From positions 1 to 64,000 of the forward strand of contig CDMY01000394.1 of assembly GCA_001179505.1 (NCBI GenBank): a stretch of 64,000 bases of DNA, written 5' to 3'. The notes under the pieces are model-generated. The model was given only the letters and a program-made list of their open reading frames with translations, ran no database searches and had not been told where the DNA came from. A program made the translations under genes and the position numbers. This document shows, piece after piece, positions 37,943 through 49,921 of this stretch; the stretch's first letter is position 1; each line of letters starts with the position of its first letter. This DNA is from Vitrella brassicaformis CCMP3155 (lineage: Eukaryota; Protista; Chromerida).

Positions 37943-39100
37943 ATGCCGTTCGTTTCACCCTTTTCCCCGACTACTGGAATGGACGCCATCACTGCAGCGG
38001 TGATGAAGCCCCCGAACCCTTTGATGAAGCCATACGATGGAGTGGGCACTGCAACAACTCCCTTGTTAATTTGCACTGACGTGACTGTCGTCGATGTGTG
38101 TCTGTCTGTCTGTTTTTTGCCTGCAGGTGCAGAATGACAGGTTCTGGCGCTACCTCTGCCGGCGCGAGAGGGCCACCCTCCGCATCCCATCGTCGCGCCT
38201 CTCGCCACCACCCCCACCAGACAATACTACTGGACCGTCGCTCTCCCATTCCAATAGCCTCGCTGACCTGCGCCACGGGCCGTCGCAGCCTGCTGTCCCG
38301 GTCAAGCGGCTGGAACTCGAGACCCACATGCAGCAGTGGAACGGGCACTTCTTCGCCGGGCCCCTCCATCGGCCCGGCCTGGCAAGAAGCCAATTATCAT
38401 GAAGGCTGAAGGGAGTTGTCGGCTGAGACACGACAGAGAAAGCAAGGAGGCGTCTGCCCGTCGTCGGGAAGACGATGACGCGTCGTCGGTGCTGTCGAGC
38501 ATCAGTCTGTCGTTTGATTCAAAGTCGGTCTACACGGGGAAGACGGGCAGGTCGTCCACGGCCGACAAGAAAACAGACAAGAGCCATCGCAGCAACAACA
38601 ACAACAGAGCACCAGACAAGCAGAAGGAGAAGGAGTTCACGAGACTCTCAGAGCGGAAACAGCAGCCCCCCAGACCATACCGGCCGATGGATCACCACAA
38701 TGTGCTGTCGTGCCTCCCTCCCGTCCTCCTTGATCGCAATCACCGCCACCAGGGGGCCAACCTGAGCTATTCGACGCTCCTGGCTCTCATCTCTGAGCCC
38801 AAAAATGCTGACGAGGCGCGGCGGCAGGCCTTTCTGAAAAGCATTCTGCGGATGCAGGTCAGCCGTGAGATGACTGACGGAGGGGGTGGGGGGGTGAGGT
38901 AACTGTGGTGAGTGGTTGGGGGGACTGTGGTCAAGGACGTATACTGAATTACAGAGGTACACAGACGCACAGTCTTCACGCACACAAATTGGCCACACAA
39001 CACGTACACACACACACGAGACGCGCCACACGCTCACACACACCTACAGTCTGGCTACAGATAAAGGCGTTCGGCTACCTGTACCTATCCTTCCCAAGAA
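37943..39100 (+). CDS. Hypothetical protein (apparent 1-nt frameshift near 38373; 3' end uncertain)
   Basis: Exon 1 ...LLICTD| joins in phase to VQNDRFWRYLCRRER..., then the coding-like frame switches to PGKKPIIMKAEG...RRQAFLKSILRMQ| (donor ~38858). Confidence 0.5.
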
Positions 39101-39193
39101 GCGCGAGCATCAGCACGCAATTGCTACCTCAGACACTGCCCCCTCACACACACACACATTGCATTGCAAGGGGCTTTCCTTCACACCACCACA

Positions 39194-42100
39194 TCAACCC
39201 GACGTCACGTCACTTGTTGCTATTTGCGGCCCCCTGCGTGAAGGCGTTCCACAGTGTCTGGAAGTCGAGGATATCGGTGAGCGCTGTGTGCGGCGGGGCG
39301 TCCAGCAGTTTGAGTGCTGGCGACGCCCACTTGTCGGGGAGCAGCGTCGTCACGAAGTGACGCAGCAGCCTCTTCCTGCATTCCATTCACCACACGCATA
39401 GCGCACACACCAGCAACACAGTTGAGTGGACGCATCCTTGTCTCTGCTCCTTCCTCCCTCCCTCACTTTTTCTCGTTGTGTCGGATGCAGTGCCGCTGTG
39501 TGGGGAAGAGCATCAGGTCGAATGAGAATCCCACGTCGTTCATACGCTGTGCAGCACACACCCATCATGCCCATCATGCCATGCCACACACAACACACAA
39601 CACACACCTTACTGCATAAATGGATCTTCCCCTTGCTTGACATGTACTATATGCCCGCCCACCTCGATGAGTGCGGCCGAGTGTCTGAAGTGGACGTTCT
39701 CGTCCAGGAGGCCGTGGATGAGCAGCAGCCGGTGCTCTCTGGGGTTGAGGTACCGCACCTGCGGCAGCACGCTCGACTCGTGGTAGGCCTCGGGCTGCTC
39801 ACTGGGCAGCGACAGATACCTCTCCGTCCAGTGCGTAGAGTAGCCCTCCCTGCACACACGCACCCATCCATCCATCCATCCATCTGCATGTGTGTGGGTG
39901 TGTGTGCCTACAGGAATGTGACAGGCGAGACGGCGACGGCGCTGCGGAACACCTCGGGGAAGCGGAAGATGGCCATCGCGCTCATATACCCACCTGCACA
40001 CACACATACGTATGGGCACACAGACGCCATAATTGACTGACTGCCCCTCTGGATGGACACACAAACACCTGAGCACCCACCTACCGTATGAAGCCCCGAA
40101 GATGCCGACGCCCCTGTATTCACTGTCGTTGGGGTCGGCCTTGGCCAGTCCGATTGCCGTGAGGTGCCGTACGCCGTCGATCTGGTCCTCCAGCTCGATG
40201 CGTCCCATGTTGAGGTGCACAGCCTTCTCGAAGTCGCGGTCTCTGTTCTTGCTGCCCCTGTTGTCGATCTTCATCACCAGGAAGCCAAGCGTCCGCAGCA
40301 GCTGGCTCTGGTAGTCGAACACCTGGACAGCATACAGGGGGGATGTGAGTGAGAGTCGTGTGTGTGTGTGTGTGTGTGTTTGGTGTGTCCAGGCCAGGAG
40401 GGGGAGGGGGGGGCCTAGGTTACCTGGTCGATGGTGTTGGTCACATACTGCACCCCTGGCCCGCCGTAGAGAGAGACGATGCACGGGTAGGGGCCCTCGC
40501 CATAGACACGCTTGTCGGGCAGGAAATACAGGCCGTTCAGACGCGTACCTGGTTCACCCACACACAGATATACAAGGTTCCATAACACACAAACAACGCA
40601 AGGCGACCAGTGTGTGTATGGTATGTGGCCCGGCAGGCAGTGTGGCAGTGGACGAGCTCAGCCCACCTGTGCGGTTGTGGCAGGTGAACAAGTGTGGCTT
40701 CCCGTAGAACATGTCCATCAGCCCGCCGTGGACCGCCTGCACCTTCGGCACCGTTATCACGACCGCACCCAGACCCGCATCGCTCGGCGCCACCTTGGGC
40801 CTCTCTCCCCCCTCCCTTTTGCCGTCCTCCTTCTCGCCCACACGCGGCCGCTGCGTCGACGGCTCGCTCGAGGATGCAGGCGGCCGCCTGCCCTTGGCCC
40901 CACCACCATCCTCACCCACACCGCCATTGCCATCGCCATCAGCCATCGACGCGTCCCCCTGGGTGCCGCTGCTGCCGGCTGTCGGCACACCACCAGCAGC
41001 CGGCCCCCCGTTGAGATTGGGAAGCATGCCTGAGTCGCGCAACACCGATGTGGGGTCGAATTTGCGAAGCCAGATGCCGCGGTAGAAGTTGATGGATGAG
41101 AACTGGTGGATCCACATGGACTTGTCGGGCGAGATGATCGCCTGATGCACACCTGGGGCGAGGGAGAGGGGGACGGGGGGAGGGGGCGTGGGAGGGGTGG
41201 TGGTGATGGGCGGTATGGGTGAGAGGTAGATGTGGTGGTTGCAGGGGTCGGTGTTGTCGCACCCCTGCCAGCAGACGTAGGACGTGTCGTGCGCCACCAG
41301 CGATATCACCTTGTGCGTCGGCGGGGTCAGGGGGATCGCCATCGAGCTGATCAGAAAATACGACCGACACACGACAGACACGCGACACAGTCTATACTCT
41401 TCACAAAGGGTCTGCATGCCTATCCCTTTTCCCTCCCTCCCTGACTCACCCACCCACCGGTCATAGAGGCTTCTGAGGAAGAGTGTGGTGATGCCTGGCG
41501 AGTCCGAGCCCCACAGGTAGAGACCCTCCTTGCCCACCAAAGTGAACAAGTCCTTCAAATCAACCCACTTCTCGTCCTTCTCTGTGTGCACCTGATGCAC
41601 ACACAAGACACAGCACACAGCACAGCACAGCACAACGCACAACGCACACAATGCCGGAGTGCCATGTTGTGCTGTAAGCACGTGTGTGGTGTGGTGTGGT
41701 GTCACCTGAGTGGGTTTGCCTGTGGCCGTGTCGAACAGCATCAGGTGCAGCTCTGTTTGCGGCCGGTTCTGCAGCTGCACGAGGAGGGAAGGCCGTCCGC
41801 TCGCCGTGGGCAGGCTGACGCACACACACAAGACACCACCACACAACCACACAGGTACACACAAGACGCACGTGTGCATGTGGTGTACCTCGGTGTGTGT
41901 GGTGTGCGATGTGTGCTTACTCGACCCAGTCGACACGCGCGACATAGACCTCGTCATCGGGCCCTAAGTCCATCCACACCACTGAAGGGTCCTTGAACAC
42001 GTCGCGAGCCAGACAATCTGACAACCATCAACCACACACACAACCCACATGTGCGCACGTAGGATAGACACCAGCCGGGCGGCCTACCTGGTTGCTTGCT

Positions 42101-43453
42101 GCCCTGTCGGACGTCCTTGGCCGCTTTCTCCCTCTCATCTTTGCCAGGCACCTTGATGACGCCCAACCTCATTTTCGCATTGGGGTAGCCCGCTACCGCC
42201 ATCCATCCATCCATGCAGAGAGTGTCTGGTCTGTGTGGGTGCGTTCATCAAGGAGGTGTGATTGGTGCGGTGTGTGTGGTGTGTACCGAAGGCGAAGTGG
42301 TGGCTCTCCTTTGGAACGCCCTCGGCCGCCGGGTTGCTCTTGACGACGTGCTGGTGCACTATGTCGTATGCTGCATGCCATCCATCCATCCAGCCAGCCA
42401 TCTCATGAAAGATACACACACATTGTGTATGTATGCGGTGGGGGGTGGGTGTATGTGAGTAATGTGGTGCTTGTCTTGTGCCATCCCATGCCATGCCATG
42501 ACCCACCGGGGATGTGCGACTCGTCGAATGAGCAGAAGGCGATGTAGGATGAATCAGGCGACCACCAGTAGCCTTCAGACACACACACACACACACACAC
42601 ACACATCCATCCATCCACCGATCCATCCATCCATCGTAGCCGTCCGTCCTCCCTCACCCCCACCTCGCAATCGATGCATCTCCTCCTGTGCCATATATTC
42701 TGCCAGCCCGGTAGTCCATCCGCCATTGCCTCTCGCCCCACTGGTCAGCTGCAGCGCCACGCCAGGCTCCCCCTCGCCCTCCACCCCCACCACATACACC
42801 TCCTTGTCCCTCACCAACGACACCATCTGCCCGTCCGGCGACCACAGGGCATCCAGCATCGGGTGGGGGTCGTCAGGCGGCGCGTCCAGGAGGCAGTACG
42901 GCTCGGTGGGTTCTTCGTCTGTGCTGGACGACGGGAGTGACTTGATCCAGAGTGCCTTGCCGAAGGGGAGGAGGATGCTGTTGTGCGCCGTGCTCCAGTG
43001 GTACTTGGTCACACCCAGGCCCGACGAACGCGCCCGCTCACGCTGCAGCTTCTCCTCCAACCTGCACATGACGTCACACACGCACCCACACGTGTGCAGT
43101 GAGTGCACCGGAACGCATTGATTCGTTCGATTCATGTGTGTCTGTCTGTCTGTCTGTCTGGCTGCAGCTCACGAGAGATCTTCGTCTCTGAGTGCCGTGT
43201 TGGTCAGCCTGAGAGGGTCCACAATCCGCCTGGGCACGCCCTCGTCCACATGGATGGCATACAGGTGCCGCACACTGGCGCCATGCACAGCCAGGTAGGT
43301 CACCCACTTGTTGTCTGGGGAGAAGGAGAACGTGTTGATGTAGCTGCCGTTGGCTGGGCGGGTCATAAAGGTCTGCCATAGGAGCGGCTGGCTGGCCGGG
43401 TGAGAATGGCTGCCAGGAACTTCGGGATTCAGCGGCACCGAGGGAGCTGACAT
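39194..43453 (-). CDS. Dipeptidyl peptidase IV family (S9B), DPP8/9-like
   Basis: Propeller motifs EGYWWSPDSSYIAF and YPNAKMRLGV; hydrolase motifs KIDNRGS, MGRIELEDQIDGV, GIFGASYG|GY (Ser), IHGLLDENVHFRHS (Asp) and FPTQRHCIR (His). The final exon ends ...ATSDVTSG* at 39194. Confidence 0.93.
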
Positions 43454-43563
43454 GGCTCAAGCGACAAGATCTGCACAGCTACTCGCAGACTTTGATACTC
43501 AATGGACGTGTGAGCGGTGTGGAGCACGTCAAACTCACAGACATCAGCTGCGCGCGACCTTGG

Positions 43564-43589
43564 GCAGTGGTTTCAGGGAGCACCCTAGG
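43564..43589 (+). promoter_or_regulatory. Conserved divergent-promoter element, copy B: GCAGTGGTTTCAGGGAGCACCCTAGG
   Basis: 25/26 identical to 11167-11192. It lies in the 189-bp gap between the DPP ATG (43453, -) and the ATG at 43643 (+). Confidence 0.6.
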
Positions 43590-43642
43590 CCACAGGCGAG
43601 CTAGGGGCAACTCCCGATTCGTTTTTTTTGTCGGCAAACAGG

Positions 43643-44469
43643 ATGGCGTTGGCAGTGCGCAGCAGCCGTGCCTTTCTGCAGGGCAGGCTGACGGTCGCCC
43701 CTCTGTCGCAGCGGATCTCCGCCCGATGGTTCGGTGCGTATGACGGTCAGCCTGTGACGGACGCGCAGCTGGTCAAGAAGGACCCCGACTGGGTGATAGA
43801 GGAGACCAACTTCTGCATCGGTCGCATCGGCTTCGTGCGCCACAAGGAGACCGACGACATGGCCCGCCGCACGCTGCGCATCTTCGACACGCAGCTGCCG
43901 CGGATGCAGACCCGGCTGCGGGACGGCACCGTCATCCCCGCCATGGGCTTCTACATGGACCACATCGTCGACCGCCCCGCGCCGCTCCACAACTTCGTGG
44001 AGAAGCCAGTCCTCAAGTACACGTGGGACGAGACGTACGACGAGGCGTGGGAGGATGTGGAGGGGCCGGTGGGGGGCACCAAGGACCCCACTGAGTGGCC
44101 CAAGGCCAAGCCGCCCAAGCGCACCTACCCGCCCGAGATGAACAGGGCCTCCAAGCCACCCCCACCCGGGCAGGGACGGATGGCCTCAGCCAGCAAACCC
44201 ACGGTAGGTCAAGGTCAGGAGTGAAAGGGGTGGCTACACAACACAATACAACACGACACAAGACTAGACGCTATCTGTGCAGCACAGCACAGCGTGTGGT
44301 CAGCGATGGATGGATTTGGCACATGTCATGTGTGCAGGCGCACGACGTGGGTGAGAGCAAGAGGACGGGCATCAAGTCCACCGCGGAGCAAACCAGGGAG
44401 GCCATCAAGAAAGCTGCTGCTGAGGCCAGGGAGGCTGTGGCTGAGGCAATGCCGTCCTCGAAGAAGTGA
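43643..44469 (+). CDS. Hypothetical protein with mitochondrial-type presequence
   Basis: The N-terminus MALAVRSSRAFLQGRLTVAPLSQRISARWF is Arg/Ser-rich and lacks acidic residues. One in-phase intron (KPT|AHDVG); ends MPSSKK*. Confidence 0.75.
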
Positions 44470-45873
44470 CACACATGTACGCGAAATGGATCGCTGGATG
44501 GAGGGAGGGAAGGGGCGGGGGCCACGTGAGAGAGGGGGATAATCCTCAAGTGGGATGGATGGATGGATGGGTGCGTGTGCGGGACGGGCATGAAGTGCAC
44601 TTCTGTGTAGCATATTGAGTCAGTCGGGTCGTTTCAACGGCAGTCTCTCCGATCCATGTGTCGCCTCTCTGCCTGCCTGCCTGCCTGCCTGCCTTGCCAA
44701 CTTTTTGCTCACACACAACAGCAGTGATCTGTCGTGACGGGAGTTGTTCTTTGGCTGTCACCTTGGTCGTTGCCACGCAGCACAGGTACTGCTGCCGTTG
44801 TGAGGCGGCGAGAGAGGGACGCCGTTGACACTCCTGCACGACTGGTCGGTGTGATGTGGTGCACCGGCTGTGTGCATGACGACGGGTGAGTGAACGTAGT
44901 CTTGTCTGTGTGTGGTGTGACGGTCTGTGAGTCGTTCATTCGTCATGGGCACGCTGAATGATCGATCAAGGCATCATTTACTTATTCCTTGAGGCACACC
45001 CATCCACTCACTCCACAGTCACACGTATCAAAGACACGTGCATTCATTCGCTGTGTCTGTCTTTCACGCCCATTCATCCGTCCATCCATCCATCCATCAT
45101 GTACACGTCGGCCAGCTGGATTTGTACACGATGTGTGGTGTGTGTATGTGGTGCGTGGGTCACTCAAGCACTCACTCGTCCCCTCGCTCAACTCACCCGA
45201 CGTTGGCCGACGAGGTCGGTCTGCACTTCCCTTCCCGCACTGAACATGACCCCCAACAGGGACAGCCAAGCGTTGGCATTAATGAATACCCACACATCGA
45301 CTGAACCTGTCCAGTGCCATGCCCAGCGTCAGGTATGCGACGGACGGGATGCATTTATCCGTTGGTTGGTAGGAAGGTACCTACCTACCTACCTATCTAG
45401 GCACTCTCTGTCTGTCCCGCCCCCTCTCACACTCTCTCTGGATCGTTGGCTATGTGCATTGTTTGTCAGGTAGGTGCACTCTCCTAGGACCCCACAGCAC
45501 CCCTCCCTCCCTCCCAGGCACCACACCACCATCATGCACAGCACCGCACCGACCCACACACACACAACACCCGCTCGTCAGTCAATGATAAATCGAAAAC
45601 AGCCGCCATCTCGTGATGGGCCCATACCGCTCGCACCGCACCGCCCCGCATTGCATTGCCTCTCTCTGTGAGCGATGGCCGCTCAGTCTTGTCCCTCATT
45701 CATTCTCTATCGTCAAAAACTACCCAGGCAGGCATTGCATCCCCCTCAACTCACCTCCAACCATCCATTAATGCATCACTCTAGCTATCTGCCTGCCAGC
45801 ACACCACGCACCCACCCCCCATCCAGCACGCATCCGCACCGCCCACCAAATGCACCCCCTTGGTGGCCCCTCG

Positions 45874-47322
45874 TCATTGTGGCATGGATCGCGTCTTCAA
45901 GTAGGCGGGGACGAGCATCGTCAGCTTCTTGAGCTTGGACACATAGGCGCGCTTCCTCAGGTTGTCGTAGTCGTTGCGCTCGATGACCGTCAGGATGCCC
46001 CTGTAGACGTCCAAAGCCGTCTGCACGGCCAGCCGTGCGCTGGGGTGCAGCAGCGCCACCCCCCTCTCGGCACTCTCATAGTAGAGCTGGGCCTTCTGGA
46101 TGTAGTACTTGACCAGCTCCTTGTATTGGTCCGTCACCCGGTGCTGAAAAATATCCCTCTCGCTCACGCCGAACTTCTGCAGGTCCTCCTGGGGGAGGTA
46201 GATGCGGCCCCGGTCTGCATCCTCACCCACGTCACGCAGGATGTTGGTGATCTGGAAGGCGATCCCCAGGTCGACGGCGTGTGGCGCCGCGTCGATGGCT
46301 CGCGCGCCTCGTGAGGTGCCGAGGATGGGGAGGGTCATGAGGCCGACCGTGCCAGCGACTCGGTAGCAGTAGAGGTACAGCTCGTTCCAGTCGCGGTATT
46401 TCTGCTGGTCGAGGTCCATGAGCATGCCCTTGATCATGTCCTGGAAGGGCTCGATCGCCAGAGAGGGGTACATGTCCCTCGTGTCCGCCAGGGCGCTGTC
46501 CAGCACATCCACGCACCGTCCCCGCCATATGTTGGCCAGCCGCTGCTCCCACAAGACGATCTGATTCGCCAACGTCTGGCGGTCAGTGATGAGCGCCCGC
46601 GGTGAGTCGACGAGGTCGTCGGTGCGCCGGCACCACACGTAGACGGCCCAGAGGTTCTTGGCCTTCTCGGGTGAGATCATCTGTGTGCCGAGGTAGAAGG
46701 TCTTGCTGTAGATGGCCGTGATGCGCTTGCACGCCTCGTAGCCGAGCTCGATGGCCTTGGCGCGCCGCGTCTCGTCGCGCAGCACGTCCCTGTGGCTGAA
46801 GGCCTGATCGCTGCCCACATCCAGGGGCGGAGAAAACCACAACAGGTCCGAGTAATCCTGGTGGTACAAGCGGGGGGTGGGGGGCGGAGGGGGAGGGGCC
46901 ACACGGGGGGCGTGGCTGGTGTGGGGAGGTGACACCAGGCCGGAAAGGGTGTCGTTTGCCGGCAGTGGGTCCATGGTGAGGCCCGGAGAAATGCCGACAG
47001 CCGAGGGGATGGAGCGATAGATGTGAGCAGGGTAGTCGGCCGTGGCGAACCCATCAGCCGTCGCCGTTGCCGTCGCACTGGCGGCCCTCACGGTAGTGGC
47101 GGCAGACAGCTGGGAAGGCGAGGCCGAAGGGGCTTTCCTGTCTGCTCCGCCCCTGTGCCGTGCCCGCCGCTTGTTCGCCCGGATGGACTTGTTTGACATG
47201 CTGCAACACGCAAACGCCGACCGCTGATCAGCGCGGAGAAAAGACCAAGGACGGGGAGAGGGGCGAGAGACTGCAAGCAGCACCCACACAATACATACAC
47301 GCAGAGAAATGCGTCCACTCAT
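45874..47322 (-). CDS. PSY: Phytoene synthase with bipartite (signal + transit) plastid-targeting N-terminus, single exon
   Basis: YSKTFYLGT, WAVYVWCRRTDDLVD, ELYLYCYRVAGTVGLM, LGIAFQITNILRDVGEDADRGRIYLPQEDL, IERNDYDNLRKRAYV; hydrophobic N-terminus VCIVWVLLAVS. Confidence 0.97.
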   Translation of the reverse strand: MSGRISLRVCIVWVLLAVSRPSPRPWSFLRADQRSAFACCSMSNKSIRANKRRARHRGGADRKAPSASPSQLSAATTVRAASATATATADGFATADYPAHIYRSIPSAVGISPGLTMDPLPANDTLSGLVSPPHTSHAPRVAPPPPPPTPRLYHQDYSDLLWFSPPLDVGSDQAFSHRDVLRDETRRAKAIELGYEACKRITAIYSKTFYLGTQMISPEKAKNLWAVYVWCRRTDDLVDSPRALITDRQTLANQIVLWEQRLANIWRGRCVDVLDSALADTRDMYPSLAIEPFQDMIKGMLMDLDQQKYRDWNELYLYCYRVAGTVGLMTLPILGTSRGARAIDAAPHAVDLGIAFQITNILRDVGEDADRGRIYLPQEDLQKFGVSERDIFQHRVTDQYKELVKYYIQKAQLYYESAERGVALLHPSARLAVQTALDVYRGILTVIERNDYDNLRKRAYVSKLKKLTMLVPAYLKTRSMPQ

Positions 47323-47887
47323 TTGCGATCAGGCACACAGGTGGGTAGATCTCCATGTGATGTGTGTGCCGTCTTATCTTACCTGGGTCGTTGAAAGGGA
47401 AGCAGTGTGGTGGATGGTGTCGCATCTCCGTCGCTCCGGGAGGTAACGACTTTGTCCTGGTCCGGAGCGCACTCAGCCGAGATGGGGGGGACCTCGCGCA
47501 GACCCACGTTGATAAATCCGCGGCCACCCCAAGCGCCAGAAGGTGCACCCACCGCAATCCCATCTGCGAGCGCCAGCGCGATACCTGCGGCCTCGGCGGC
47601 GGACGTGATTGTGATGCTGCGACTGCTGGTGCAGATGAGCTGGACGTGGCAGGCGGATCTCCGACGAGCTTCATTAGCATACCACTGCGGAAAATGTCAG
47701 TCGACGGGCTTCAAAGTGACAAGGTGACGTGCCCATCGACGGACAGATGCAGAGCACAGCGGAGGGAGGGGAAGGTGGGGAGGCTGCGTGTGAGTTAGGG
47801 TAGATCCGTTTGCGCAACAAGCCGCGAGCTCAACCCTGCAAAGCTGGCGATGAGAGAACTGCCGGTAGATGAGATGAGTGAGTGAGA

Positions 47888-49313
47888 ATGAAGGTGCGCG
47901 TCGAGGTGCCAAACCCAGAGGAGGAGCGAGGGAGCGACCTCGGCCTCAGGAACAAGGCCATGGAAGATGATGAGATCATTGAGCACATTGAGCCGCCCAT
48001 GTCGCGCGGCAAGCTGCTAGAGAAGGTGTGCTTCACACAGCGATGCCTCATCTTCCAAATCGCACTCAACATCCTCCTCGCAGGTAGGTAGGGAGGACCG
48101 GGTGATGTATGGACAAGAAGACAACCGCGCGAACGTCATGTATGGTGTTTGCTTGTGTGTTGGCTGCTCGCAGTGCTGAACACGGCGATGGTGTTTATCG
48201 ACATCATTTTGATCCAGCGGGAGAACCGACACAACCTCAACCAAGTGTGTGAAAGCGTGTCGACAATGCACTCAGCGAAGGGATATATATGGCCGCATGT
48301 CTGTCTGTGTGTGGTTGTTTCTGTCTGTCTGTCTGTCTGTCTGTCTATCCGTCAGCCATCGACGCGTCTGATTGAGGACATCCTTTGTGTCGGTGACATC
48401 ACTATCACGTCTGTGATACTGGTCGAGTTCGTGTTGAAGCTCCAGATGGCCGACTGGGGCGCCCGGCAGTTCTTCAAGTCATGGGAGCACATCTTGGACG
48501 CCCTCGTGCTGGTAGGTATGGCGTGGCGACCGACAGCCATTGAATGAATCATTGCAGACAGACGGGACACGACTCACTCACTCGAAGGCAACCTAACCTG
48601 TCTGTATCTTGTTTCCTTCTTCTGTCATTCGTCTCCCCTGTTTGTATCTCTCTCCTGTCTCACTCAGCTCATCTCATTCGTCTGTATCGGCCTGGCGTAC
48701 GTGCAGATCAAGAAGGGGGCAGGTAATTAAGCTGAGTGAGAAGGGAAAACAAGACAGACAGGGGGGGAGGGAGAAGCGCATGGTATGTATGTGTTCCGGT
48801 TGGTGCGGTGCAGACGTCTCTGAAGCAGAGCTTGCCCTCGCCCTGCGCGTCATCACAGTCCGCGACATTATGCGCATCGTCCGGACGGTCTATTTCCTCA
48901 TCGAGATCAACACTCTCGTCACCACTTACCGCGGCCAGCACTCGCCGAGGAGCCAGCTCATCAACCAGCCACTCATCGAAGCATACCAGCAGCCAAATCA
49001 CCGCGACTTCTGTGTCCCCGAGCCACCAGAGCAGAAAGGCACCCTGCTCACAGCTGAGCCTCCAGGACCGCTGAGGGAGCTGTCGAGCAACAACCGGGGT
49101 GTCTCGGCGGTCTCGGCATTCTCTGAAGTCCCGGAGGTGCCGCCTGAGCATGACGACGAGGTGCCTGCAGTGCCCAGCGCGCCGACCAAGCCCCTGTATC
49201 AGCCAGGGTTGCCGCGCACACTGGATCAGAAGGGCGGCGGGGGTGGTGGTGGGTCGCTGCTGGCCGGGGCAGGCAAGAGGGATCAGTGGCACACGCCTGA
49301 GAGTTCTGTGTAG
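47888..49313 (+). CDS. Stand-alone voltage-sensor-domain protein (Hv1/TMEM266-like S1-S4)
   Basis: Spliced S1 FQIALNILLA|VLNTAMVFIDIIL; S2 ITITSVILVEFVLKL; S3 FFKSWEHILDALVL|LISFVCIGL; S4 LRVITVRDIMRIVRTVYFLI. A low-complexity tail follows, with no pore domain. Confidence 0.75.
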
Positions 49314-49921
49314 GTAGGGAGGGGTGACAAACATGACAGGTCGATTTATCCGTAGCTAGTGGGGTTTCTCTACAGTAGGTTTCTATGGGCAAGGGGCCGA
49401 TGCGTGTCCGTCTGTGTCAATATATACTCTGGTCACACCAGGGAGGGGGCTCACTCATTCTGCGAGCGGCATTTTCTCGTTTCGTACATCCACACACACG
49501 TGCATGCCATGTGGGATATGTCTGTGTTTGTGTGTGTGCGGGGGGGGTGGGGGAGGCGGGGGGTCTCGCGATGCGAAGCATCCCTTCAATGCGGTGCAGC
49601 ATGGATCATGTACTAGTCTTGACACTGCCTGTTGCTGAGTGGTCGCACCGATGAGACAATGTCATGACTCGTGATGTGAATGCACAGACAGACATACAGA
49701 CAGACAGACAGGCAGAGAGCGCCCGTCAACCCGCTCCTTACCGACATTTTCGGCTGGATGCACGTGTGACCACTTGCAGCACTGCATGGCTATGCCGTCT
49801 GCGTGGATGGATGGATGGATGGATGGAGAAACTTCCAGGCCGCGTAAGGGTGGCATACAAAACCGATCATCTGATCTTCCCCGCAACCCCCAAAGGAACT
49901 TTGAATCATGATTTGATTGTC

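Noticed and set aside
39194-39401. + strand ORF tail (AICGPLREGVPQCLEVEDIGERC...) that looked like a coding exon
   Set aside because: It is the antisense shadow of the last DPP exon on the minus strand, which splices in phase.
43453-43461. tggctcaag resembles the 3' end of the dinoflagellate spliced leader
   Set aside because: Only 9 nt, overlapping the DPP start codon on the opposite strand. No fuller SL relic is seen, and the 21-bp promoter element does not resemble the dinoflagellate SL either.
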